From contig CAVVEU010000029.1 of NCBI GenBank assembly GCA_963747235.1, positions 160,001 through 224,000 of the forward strand: a DNA stretch of 64,000 bases, given 5' to 3'. The position numbers were made by a program, and so were the translations under genes. Source of the stretch: an uncultured Candidatus Rokubacteria bacterium (GTDB lineage: Bacteria > Methylomirabilota > Methylomirabilia > Rokubacteriales > CSP1-6). The notes beneath the pieces are model-generated. The model was not told the origin of the DNA. It was given only the letters and a program-made list of their open reading frames with translations, and did no database searches. This document shows positions 40,296 to 49,401 of this stretch, one piece after another (position 1 is the stretch's first letter; each line of letters opens with the position of its first letter).

Positions 40296-41556
40296 CTACC
40301 GGTTGGCCCGCGCGAGGACGGCGTCCAGCAGGACGTTCACTCCCGGTGAGGTGTAGTCGAGCTCGGCGTGCTCGGCCTCGTTGTGCGAGATGCCGTCGCG
40401 GCACGGGGTGAAGATCATCGCGGTGGGCGCGATCCGCGAGATGTAGTACGCGTCGTGGCCGGCCTGGCTCAGGATGTCCCGGTGGGCGACCCCCCGCTCC
40501 CGGGCCGCATCGCGGATCAGCCGGATGCAGCCGGGATCGAAGCGCTCGCTGCCGAAGTGCCACTCCCCCGCGACGGCCATCTCCACGTTGGCCCGCCGCG
40601 CGCACTCGGGCATCGCCGCCTTCACCTCCGCCCACATCTGATCGGCCACCGCGCGCTCGGCGTGGCGCACGTCGCAGGTGACCTGCGCGTACTCGGCGAG
40701 GATGCCCGCCTTGTTGGGCCAGGCCACCAGGCGGGCCACCGTGGCCTTGCCCTCGGTGGCGTGGTACTTCCAGCCGATCTCGTTGACCGCGACCGCCAGC
40801 ATCGCCGCGCCCACCAGGGCGTTGCGCCGCCGGTCCATCGGGGTCGGCCCCGAATGCGCGGTCTCGCCGTGCACGTCCACGTGCATCCCGTGCGCCGCGT
40901 AGCCGCCGACCACGATCCCCACCGGCACCGCCTCGCGATCGAGGATCGGCCCCTGCTCGATGTGCAGCTCGAAGTAGGCGTCGATGGAGCGGCCGCCCAC
41001 CGCGGCCTTGCCGTTGTAGCCGATGCGCTCGAGCTCGCCGCCGAACTGCTTGCCGTCGTCGTCGCGCAGGGCGAGCACCCAGTCCACGTCGAAGACGCCC
41101 GCGAAGGCGCCCGAGGCCACCATCGGCGGCGTGAAGCGCGCGCCCTCCTCGTTGGTCCAGCACACCAGCTCGAGCGGGCGCCGGGTGCGCACGCGCCGGT
41201 CGTCCAGCGTGCGCAGCACCTCGAGGCCGGCCAGCACGCCCGACGATGCCGTCGTACTTGCCGCCCGCGAACTGGGTGTCGAGGTGGCTGCCCATCAGCA
41301 CCGGCGGCAGGTGGTCGTCCGTGCCGGGGCGCCGCGCGAAGATGTTGCCGACGCGGTCCACCGCCACCGTGCAGCCCGCCTCGGTGCACCAGGTGATGAA
41401 GAGATCGCGCATCTCCTTGTCCGCGTCGGTGAGGGCCAGGCGGCGGAGGCCGCCCGACTTGCCGGGGCCGATCTCGCCGGAGCGCATGACGGTGGACCAG
41501 AAGCGCGGCGCGTCGATCGTGATGACATCGGATTCGGACATGGGGGATGCGGACAT
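40296..41556 (-). CDS. Zn-dependent M20 hydrolase (N-carbamoyl-amino acid/beta-ureidopropionase type; frameshift ~41240)
   Basis: GSHLDTQ, GKYDG, WTNEEGARF, ELHIEQGP, AHSGPTPM, AGHDA, GISHNEAE. Confidence 0.9.
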
Positions 41557-41605
41557 GAGGTGCGCCCTCCCGGCGCGCTCCGGTCTTACCGCGCCGCGGG
41601 AGAGC

Positions 41606-41624
41606 CTGTCAACCGCCTTGACAG
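41606..41624. promoter_or_regulatory. Inverted repeat CTGTCAA-N5-TTGACAG (divergent -35 boxes or operator)
   Basis: TTGACA on both strands between two divergent M20 genes. Confidence 0.5.
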
Positions 41625-41654
41625 CCGCCGATGATCGGCCAATATGTGACGACG

Positions 41655-42896
41655 ATGGCCGACGCGGTGTCCGCCGAGCTCAGAGCCAAGGTCCTCGCCC
41701 GGATCGACGACGACGAGGTGGTGCGCCTCGCCCGCGAGCTGATCCGGATCCCGTCGTTCACCACCGAGGAGACCCCGCTCGCGGAGTGGCTCGCCAACTA
41801 CCTCGGCGAGCAGGGGCTCCCGGTGACGCTCCAGGAGATCGAGCCCGGCCGCAAGCAGACCATCGCGCGCCTGCGCGGGAGCGGCGGCGGCCGGTCCATC
41901 ATGCTCAACGGCCACATCGACATCGATCCGCTCGCCTCCGGCTGGACGCGCGACCCCTTCGATCCGTGGATCGCCGACGGCAAGCTCTTCGGCCACGGCG
42001 TCTACAACATGAAGGCCGGGGTCACCGCCTGCATCATGGCCACGCTCGCGCTGCAGCGCGCGGGGGTGGCGATCCGCGGCGACGTGGTGCTGGCCTGCGT
42101 GGCCGCCGAGCTGAACAGCGGCATCGGGACCATCCACGCGCTCGAGCATGGTCAAAAGACGGACATGGCGGTGGTGGCCGAGCCCTACGGGGCGCGAACC
42201 ATCCTGACCAAGCACACCGGGACCATGGACGTGGTGATCCACACCCTGGGCCGCGCCACCCACATCAGCAAGAAGGAGCACGGGGTGGACGCGATCGCGA
42301 TGATGATGCGGGCGGTGGCCGCGCTCGACGCGATGCGCTTCACCCACACCCACGACCCGGACCTGCCCGGGCTGCCGCGGCTCAACGTGGGCTCGATCAT
42401 CGGCGGACGGGGCCGCGACCACAACCTGCGCGGCGCCTACACGGTGAGCGATTTCTGCACCGCCTACGTCAACGTGCGCTTCAACGGAAGCCAGACCGGG
42501 CAGACGGTGGTGGCCGACATCCGGCACACCCTCGACGCCCTGGCCGCCGCCGATCCGAGATTCGAGTTCGAGATCGAGTTCCCGCCCCGGCTCGAGCGCG
42601 GGCTCGGCCGGCTCGCCAAGGCCGCGGTGGACGTGCCGAAGACGGAACCGGTGGTGCAGATGGTCCGGCGCAATCTCCTCCTGATGACCGGGGCCGAGCC
42701 CGAGCATTTCGGGGTCCGGCTGCCCCAGAGCTACGCGGGCAACGACACCACCCACCTCTGGGCCGCCGGCATCCCCTGCTGCCTCTACGGCCCGGGCGGC
42801 GGCTATACCGACTATCACGACGTGCACGTGGACCTGGAGGATCTCTTCCTGTGCACGCGCGTGCTGGCCCTCACCGCGCTCGAAGCGACGCACTGA
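41655..42896 (+). CDS. ArgE/DapE-like M20 metallo-hydrolase
   Basis: MLNGHID, GHGVYNMKAG, AAEL, VAEP, GRATH, YGPG; intact ORF. Confidence 0.85.
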   Translation: MADAVSAELRAKVLARIDDDEVVRLARELIRIPSFTTEETPLAEWLANYLGEQGLPVTLQEIEPGRKQTIARLRGSGGGRSIMLNGHIDIDPLASGWTRDPFDPWIADGKLFGHGVYNMKAGVTACIMATLALQRAGVAIRGDVVLACVAAELNSGIGTIHALEHGQKTDMAVVAEPYGARTILTKHTGTMDVVIHTLGRATHISKKEHGVDAIAMMMRAVAALDAMRFTHTHDPDLPGLPRLNVGSIIGGRGRDHNLRGAYTVSDFCTAYVNVRFNGSQTGQTVVADIRHTLDALAAADPRFEFEIEFPPRLERGLGRLAKAAVDVPKTEPVVQMVRRNLLLMTGAEPEHFGVRLPQSYAGNDTTHLWAAGIPCCLYGPGGGYTDYHDVHVDLEDLFLCTRVLALTALEATH

Positions 42897-42909
42897 CGGG
42901 CGGGCCGCC

Positions 42910-44046
42910 GTGCACTACGTCGATCCCTCGACCGGCCAGACGTATCCGCTGAGCGAGGCGCGGTGGCGGGCCGACAACGGCCACTACCTGAACCTCGCGC
43001 CGGGTCCCGGGCTCAAGCCGCGCGACATCGACACCACGCGCCATTCGGTCTGGCGCTACGCGCGCGCGCTCCTGGTCGGCGCCGAGCACGCGGTGAGCCT
43101 GGGCGAGGGCTGGACGCCGCTGCTCGCGGGGACATGGCACGGCGCGCCCGTCCACTACAAGCTCGAGTTCATGATGCCGACCGGCTCCTTCAAGGACCGC
43201 GGCATGACCGTGATGGTGAGCTATCTCAAGAGCCGCGGCGTGACCCACGTGCTGGAGGACTCCTCGGGCAACGCGGGGGCGTCGCTCTCGGCCTACGCGG
43301 CGGCGGCGGGCCTCACCTGCCGCATCCTGGTGCCGGAGACCGCGTCCTATCCCAAGATCGTCCAGATCGCGGCCTGCGGCGCCGACGTGGTGACGATCAA
43401 GGGCTCGCGCCAGGACGTGGCGGAGGCGGCCCTCCGCCAGAGCGCCGAGATCTTCTACGCGAGCCACAACTGGCAGCCTTTCTTCGTGGAGGGCACCAAG
43501 ACCCTCGCCTACGAGCTGTGGGAGCAGGCGGGCTTCCGGGCTCCCGACAACGTGGTGGTGCCGCTCGGCTACGGCAGCAACGTGCTGGGCGCCGAGCGCG
43601 GCTTCGACGAGCTGCTCCGCGCGGGCGAGATCGCGCGCCGCCCGCGGCTCTTCGGCGTGCAGGCCGCGCGCTGCGCGCCCTACGCGGCCGCGTTCCGCGC
43701 GGGCGTCGAGCACCTGGTGGCCTCCGAGATCGCGCCCACCGTCGCGGAAGGGATCGCCACCGCGAAGCCGACCCGCGTGGCCGACGTGCTGCGCGCGGTG
43801 CGAGACACCGGCGGCTCCATCGTCGCGGTCGAGGAGGCCGAGATCGTCCACGCCCTGCGCGACCTCGCCCGGCTCGGCCTCTACGTCGAGCCCACCTCCG
43901 CGGTGGCCGCGGCCGGCCTGAGCCGCCTGCTCACCGCCGGCGTCATCCGCCCGCAGGAGTACACGGTCCTGGTGCTCACCGGCTCCGGGCTCAAGGCCTC
44001 CGCCACCATCGGCGAGCTCCTCAAGCTCCACGCCCGCCCCGAGTAA
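42910..44046 (+). CDS. Threonine synthase-like PLP enzyme (second paralog)
   Basis: SLGEGWTP, PTGSFKDRG, EDSSGNAG, EGTKTLAYE, VEPTSA, LTGSGLK. Confidence 0.88.
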   Translation: MHYVDPSTGQTYPLSEARWRADNGHYLNLAPGPGLKPRDIDTTRHSVWRYARALLVGAEHAVSLGEGWTPLLAGTWHGAPVHYKLEFMMPTGSFKDRGMTVMVSYLKSRGVTHVLEDSSGNAGASLSAYAAAAGLTCRILVPETASYPKIVQIAACGADVVTIKGSRQDVAEAALRQSAEIFYASHNWQPFFVEGTKTLAYELWEQAGFRAPDNVVVPLGYGSNVLGAERGFDELLRAGEIARRPRLFGVQAARCAPYAAAFRAGVEHLVASEIAPTVAEGIATAKPTRVADVLRAVRDTGGSIVAVEEAEIVHALRDLARLGLYVEPTSAVAAAGLSRLLTAGVIRPQEYTVLVLTGSGLKASATIGELLKLHARPE

Positions 44047-44054
44047 CCTCTATA

Positions 44055-44089
44055 CCCTCTCCCCTGAGGGGAGAGGGCAGGGTGAGGGG
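44055..44089. repeat. REP-like palindromic element copy 5
   Basis: CCCTCTCCCC-tga-GGGGAGAGGG-CAGGGTGAGGGG, identical to copy 1 except for the loop. Confidence 0.85.
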
Positions 44090-44137
44090 TCTCGGGTCGG
44101 TTGACTTCGCCGCGCGTTTCGTGAAAGGGTGGGCGCC

Positions 44138-45721
44138 ATGCCGGCCCGGAGCGGAGCCGAATACATCGAGTCGCTCAGGAAGCAGCCGCCCCGCGTCTTC
44201 CTGGGCGGCCGACGCATCGCCGACGTCACCGCCGAGCCGGTCTTCCAGGAGCCGATCCGCGCCATCGCCGAGCAGTACGACATGCAGGGGGACCCGGCCT
44301 ACCGCGACGTGATGACCTACCCGTCGCCCACCACCGGCCAGCCGGTGTCCACGTCGTTCCTGGTGCCCTTCACGCGCGAAGACCTGGTGAAGAAGCGCAA
44401 GCACTTCAAGCTGCGCGCGGATCACAACTTCGGGTTCATGGGGCGCTCGCCCGACTTCATGAACCAGTTCGTCACCGGCTGGCACCTGATGGCCGACCGC
44501 TTCGCCCGCGCGGGCGCGCGCTTCGGCCTGAACGCCACGCGCTACTACGAGTACGTGCGGGAGCGCGATCTCTTCCTCACCCACATGCTGATCAACCCGC
44601 AGATCGATCGCAGCAAGACCTCGGCCCAGCAGGAGGACCCCTACTTCCACCTGGGCCGGGTGCGCGAGACCCCGGACGGCATCATCGTGCGCGGGGCCAA
44701 GATGCTGGGCACCATGGCGCCGATCACCGAGGAGGTCGCGGTGATCCCGTTCGGCGGCGTGGCCCCGGGCGACGACGCCTACGCGCTCGCCTTCGGCATC
44801 CCGTCCTCCACGCCCGGCCTCACGTTCATCTGCCGCGAGACGGTGTCGCCGCTGCCGCGCTCGCGCTTCGACCACCCGCTCTCGAGCCGCTTCGAGGAGA
44901 TGGACTGCATCGCGGTGTTCGAGGACGTGCTGGTGCCGTGGGACCGGGTGATGGTGGACGGCAGCCCGGGCAGCGCCGAGGTCATCAACACCCTGGGCGC
45001 CGACTACGGCGCGCTGCTCAACGTGCAGACGCGCGCGCGCATGCTGAGCCAGCTCGAGTTCTTCTGCGGGCTCGGCATGAAGGTGGCCGACGCCATCGGC
45101 ATCACCGGCTTCCTGCACATCCAGGAGAAGCTCGGCGAGATGCTGAGCCAGATGGAGATCGCGCGCGCCGTCTTCTACGGCGCCGAGGCGATGGCCCAGA
45201 AGCTGCCGAGCGGGGTGTGGGTGCCGGGCGGGCACGGGCTCCGCGCCTTTCATCTGCAGACCGGCAAGGTCTACAGCCGCTTCGTGGAGATCATCCAGAC
45301 CCTGGCCGCGGGCGGCTTCTTCTACGCCCCGAGCGAGGCGGACCTGGCGAGCCCCGAGCTGCGGCCCCTCATCGACCGCTACGTGCGCGGCCGCGCCGGG
45401 GTCTCCGCCGAGGAGCGCATCGCGCTCTTCAAGCTCGCGTGGGACGCGACCGGCGAGGCCTTCGCCCAGCGCATGGCGCAGTACGTGCGCTTCTACTCGG
45501 GCGACCCGATCCGGCTCACCGCCGGCTTCTACACCCAGTACGACAAGGGGCCGCTCCTCGAGCTGGTCGAGCGCGCGCTCGGCCACCGCGACGGCGTGCC
45601 GCTGCCGATCACGCCCGACGACCCCGGCGCGCCCATTCCGTACCAGCCGGGCACGCGCGGCATGGCCGGGACGTACGCGGCCACGTCCCTGCCGGCGTCG
45701 GCGCCGAAGCGCGCCGGCTAG
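44138..45721 (+). CDS. 4-hydroxyphenylacetate 3-hydroxylase (HpaB) family oxygenase component
   Basis: MGRSPDF, LTHMLINPQIDR, GIIVRGAKMLGT, FDHPLSSRFEEMD, VLVPWDRV, LFKLAWD. Confidence 0.9.
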   Translation: MPARSGAEYIESLRKQPPRVFLGGRRIADVTAEPVFQEPIRAIAEQYDMQGDPAYRDVMTYPSPTTGQPVSTSFLVPFTREDLVKKRKHFKLRADHNFGFMGRSPDFMNQFVTGWHLMADRFARAGARFGLNATRYYEYVRERDLFLTHMLINPQIDRSKTSAQQEDPYFHLGRVRETPDGIIVRGAKMLGTMAPITEEVAVIPFGGVAPGDDAYALAFGIPSSTPGLTFICRETVSPLPRSRFDHPLSSRFEEMDCIAVFEDVLVPWDRVMVDGSPGSAEVINTLGADYGALLNVQTRARMLSQLEFFCGLGMKVADAIGITGFLHIQEKLGEMLSQMEIARAVFYGAEAMAQKLPSGVWVPGGHGLRAFHLQTGKVYSRFVEIIQTLAAGGFFYAPSEADLASPELRPLIDRYVRGRAGVSAEERIALFKLAWDATGEAFAQRMAQYVRFYSGDPIRLTAGFYTQYDKGPLLELVERALGHRDGVPLPITPDDPGAPIPYQPGTRGMAGTYAATSLPASAPKRAG

Positions 45722-45758
45722 TACGGAGATCCTGGGACCCAGTAAGCACACACTAATG

Positions 45759-45788
45759 TTGACTGGGGTTTACGACAGCCCATAGCCT
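45759..45788 (+). promoter_or_regulatory. sigma70-like promoter TTGACT-N18-TAGCCT, probably leaderless
   Basis: AT-rich gap; -10 ends 6 nt before GTG 45795 and there is no clear RBS. Confidence 0.5.
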
Positions 45789-45794
45789 CAGGAC

Positions 45795-47016
45795 GTGCAT
45801 TCTCGCTCCGAGCAGGTGATGCTGACCCTGGCCGGTCTCGCCTACCGTGGCTTCCACGACCTCCTCCGCGGCCCCGCCCACGCCGACGTGGTGCGCCGGG
45901 CGCTGCTGGACGGCCTGCACACCCTGCCGCCGGTCAAGGACGAGTGGAGCCTGGTCTGGGGTCCGGTCACGAGCCGGAGCGGACCGGACGCGTTCGACTC
46001 GGCGGCGATGTACGTGGTCCAGAACCGCCGGGAGCCGGCGCGCTACGTGGTGGCGATCCGGGGAACGAATCCGGTCGCGGCCTCCGACTGGCTCTTCGGC
46101 GACTTCTGGGTGAGCACGACGGTGCCGTGGCCGTACGCGCGCGCCGCCGACCGGGTCGCGGTGTCGGCGAGCACCGCGCTCGGCCTGAGCAAGCTACAGA
46201 CGATGCGGGCGCCCCGGCTCTCCGCGGACGCGATGGCGGACGCCACGGGTGGCGGCAACGGCGGCCGGCCCGCGATGACCCGCGAGGCGCTGGCGAGCCA
46301 GCTCGCCGGGCATCTCCGCCGGCTGGAGCCGGTTCGTCGAGGAGCCATCCGCCTGGCTCGAGGATCACGTGATGGACCGCCTCAAGACCGCGGTGAACCT
46401 GCCCTGGATGGATCTGCGGCCGCGCTCCCTCGCCCCGGCTCCGGAAGAAGGCGTGCTGGATCTGCTGAGCTTCCTCGCGGAAGAGGCCCGCGCCGCCGGC
46501 GCGCCGCTGGACGTCGCGGTCACCGGCCACAGCAAGGGGGGCGCGCTGGCGACGGCGGTCGCGCTCTGGCTCAAGGACGCGCTGGCGTCCCCGGACGTCG
46601 GGGAGCAATGGGACGGCCGGCGGGGCGCCCGCGTGTCCTGCCATGCGTTCGCGGCGCCGACGCCGGGCAACGCGGCGTTCGCGGACCGGATCGATCGCGT
46701 GCTGGCGAGCGACCACCATCACCTGCGCAACCGGCACGACATCGTCACGCACGCCTGGCAGGTGGACGAGCTGGAACGGATCCCGGATCTCTACGCGCCG
46801 CGCCGCACGGTGCTCGAGCCGCTGATCCGGGTGATCGCCTCGCGGGTGCGGGGGCTGGACTACCAGCAGGCCCGCGCGGGGGTGACCACGTTCGCGGGGG
46901 CCCTCGACGCGGAGCGCGGCTTCGAGATGGAGTTCATCCACCAGCACCTCGAGGCCTACCTCGTCGAGCTCGACCTGCTCGACGAGCGCCTGAACGTCCT
47001 GACGCTGTTCTTCTGA
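45795..47016 (+). CDS. Lipase class 3 family alpha/beta hydrolase (frameshift ~46340)
   Basis: LVWGP, VVAIRGTN, VTGHSKGGALA (GxSxG), FAAPTPGN, NRHDIV, IHQH. Confidence 0.83.
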
Positions 47017-47029
47017 GGCGGGCGGCTTC

Positions 47030-47767
47030 TTACAGGTAGCGCGTCGGCCAGTTGATGGTGCGCCACATGTGCGCCGACGGGCTCTGATCGAAGCCGAGCC
47101 CTTCCTTCGGCTGGCGGAAGTGACGCCCCACCACGTCCGTGAACTCCTCGAGCTGCACCTGCACGGTGGGATCGAAGGCGTACAGATCGTTCACCGTGAT
47201 GAGCCGCGAGGTCATGTACCACTTGTGGTTCCGCGCGTAGCGATGGGCTTCCTGGATGTGCGGCTCGGGCACGTAGTCGGCCCCGAAGAGCTTCGTGTAG
47301 AGCTCGGGATAGCGATAGCCCACCGACTCGTCGGGGAAGAACCGCAGCGCCTGGTGGTAGCGGATGCCCCAGGCCACCTCCTCGTCCACGTACGGCTCGA
47401 GGAGCTGGGCGCTCCAGTAGCCGTGGTCGCTCCGGATGAAGCCGGCGATCGCGATGTCGTGCAGCAGGCAGGCCAGGACGATCTTCTCGCTCACCCCGTT
47501 CTTCATGGCGAGCCGCGCGCTCTGCAGCAGATGCGCGGAGGGTCCGAAGCGCAGCCGGAAGAAGTCGAACAGGGTCGGCTTGTCGGGCATCTTCGGGAGG
47601 CGCGCGTCGTGGCCCATCATGTAGAGCCGGCCGTCGTCCGGCGGCCGCGACACCGGCTGGCGGGGATCCCGCTCGCCCGAGGTGTAGAGCACCGACTTCA
47701 CCACGACCCGGTCGAGCTCCTGGCTCAACGCGTGCTCGGCAGCCTCGGCCCGCTGTAGCGTCGTCAT
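47030..47767 (-). CDS. HD-domain metalloprotein (MIOX/PhnZ-like ligand pattern)
   Basis: HLLQSA, CLLHDI, DHG, RYHQ, NDLYAFDP. Confidence 0.75.
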   Translation of the reverse strand: MTTLQRAEAAEHALSQELDRVVVKSVLYTSGERDPRQPVSRPPDDGRLYMMGHDARLPKMPDKPTLFDFFRLRFGPSAHLLQSARLAMKNGVSEKIVLACLLHDIAIAGFIRSDHGYWSAQLLEPYVDEEVAWGIRYHQALRFFPDESVGYRYPELYTKLFGADYVPEPHIQEAHRYARNHKWYMTSRLITVNDLYAFDPTVQVQLEEFTDVVGRHFRQPKEGLGFDQSPSAHMWRTINWPTRYL

Positions 47768-47875
47768 CCTGGCGTCCCTCCCTGGGGCAGTCTTGTCTCT
47801 GATGATCGGCCCCGTCAGCACCTACTGTCAAGTTCGCCGCGAATGCCCTAGACTCGGTCGGCAAGGAGAGTGCCC

Positions 47876-48306
47876 ATGCGCCCACGCATCATTCGAGGCG
47901 ATCGTCGTGATCGGCCTGCTCGCCACCGCCGCGCCGCACGCGCCGGCCCAGACCACGTCCAAGGACGTCGGCGCAGAAGGCGTCGGAGACGGGCCAGGCG
48001 ATCCGGGACTACTCGGTGGAGAAGAAGGACGAGGCGGTCGCCCACGCCAAGAAGATCACCGCGGACCTCGAGGCCAAGATCAAGGACCTCGAGGCGCAGG
48101 CCGCCAAGCAGACCGGCGAGGTGAAGGCCAAGTCGCAGGCGCAGATCAAGGAGCTCAAGGCCAAGCGGGCGAAGGCGTCCCGGAAGGCGAGCGAGCTCGG
48201 ACGCGCCACCAAGGCGTCCTGGGAGAAGGCCAAGGAAGGCTTCGCCGACGCCTACCGCGACCTGGCCTCGGCCTACGACCGCGCCGCCGCCGAGTGGAAG
48301 AAATGA
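47876..48306 (+). CDS. Small exported Lys/Ala/Glu-rich helical protein (frameshifts in 5' part)
   Basis: RBS AAGGAG; hydrophobic IVVIGLLATAAPHAPA-Q signal-like stretch; coiled-coil ..ASWEKAKEGFADAY.. Confidence 0.7.
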
Positions 48307-48310
48307 GCGC

Positions 48311-49389
48311 ATGAAGCTTCGAGCCCTCCGCGCCCGCCCCGTGCTGCCCCCGTTCCGCCGGCCCCCGGTGAGCGCCAGCGGCGCCCTCCCGAAGGCGGCG
48401 CTCGTGCTCTTCGATCTGGAGACCGACGGCGGCATCACCGGGCGCTCCTACGTCTTCGGCTTCGCCCCGTGGACGCTCGCCTCCATCGTCGGGCTGCGCG
48501 CAGGGCCTGTTCGAGATGATCAAGGGCGACGAGCTGGCGCCTCTCGATCTCGAGGCCAAGCTGCGGCGCCAGCTCACCCTGCTCGACCCGAACGGCCTGG
48601 TCGGGCTGGCCCTGGCGGGCCTCGACATGGCGGCCTGGGACGCGCTCGGCCCAGGCGCGCGGGGTGCCGCTGGTCACGCTGCTGGGCGGCGCGCCGCGGG
48701 CCATTCGCGCGTACAACAGCACCGGGCTCTGGATCCAGCCGGTGGAGACGCTCGCCGACGAGGCGGAGGCGCTCCTCGGCGAGGGCTTCGGCGCGATCAA
48801 GCTCCGGGTGGGCCGCGACGACTTCGCCCAGGACCTGGCCGCGGTGCGCGCGGTGAAGAAGCGGATCGGCGACGGGCCCACGCTGATGTGCGACTTCAAC
48901 CAGCGCCTGACCGTGAACGAGGGCCTCCGGCGCGCCCGCGCGCTCGACGGCGAGGGGCTCTACTGGATCGAGGAGCCGCTCCGCCACGACGACTACGAGG
49001 GCTACGCCCGCATCGCGGCCGAGGTGGCCACCCCGATCCAGACCGGCGAGAACCTGGTGGACACCTTCGAGATGGCGCGGGCCATCGCGCTGCGCTCGCT
49101 CGACTTCGTGATGCCCGACGTGCAGCGCATCGGCGGGGTCAGCGGCTGGCTGCGCGCGGCCGCCCTCGCCCACGCCCACGGCATCGACATGTCGAGCCAT
49201 CTCTTCCCCGAGTTCAGCGTGCACCTGCTCGGGGTGACGCCCACCTGTCACTGGCTCGAGTACATGGACTGGGCCGCGCCCCTGCTGCAGGAGCCGCTGC
49301 GGGTGAAGAACGGGGTCGCCCAGATCCCGGACCGGCCCGGCGCCGGCATCGTCTGGGACGAGGACGCGGTCAAGCGCTACGCGGTCTGA
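48311..49389 (+). CDS. Mandelate racemase-like enolase superfamily enzyme (frameshifts ~48500, ~48650)
   Basis: LDMAAWDA, KLR, DFNQ, WIEEP, TGEN, MPD, SSHLF, HWLEY. Confidence 0.88.
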
Positions 49390-49401
49390 GGGCCGACGCC
49401 C

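Noticed and set aside
38749-41556. 935-aa hydrolase-MFS fusion ORF
   Set aside because: A frameshift near 41240 links separate genes, and the hydrolase stops at 40296.
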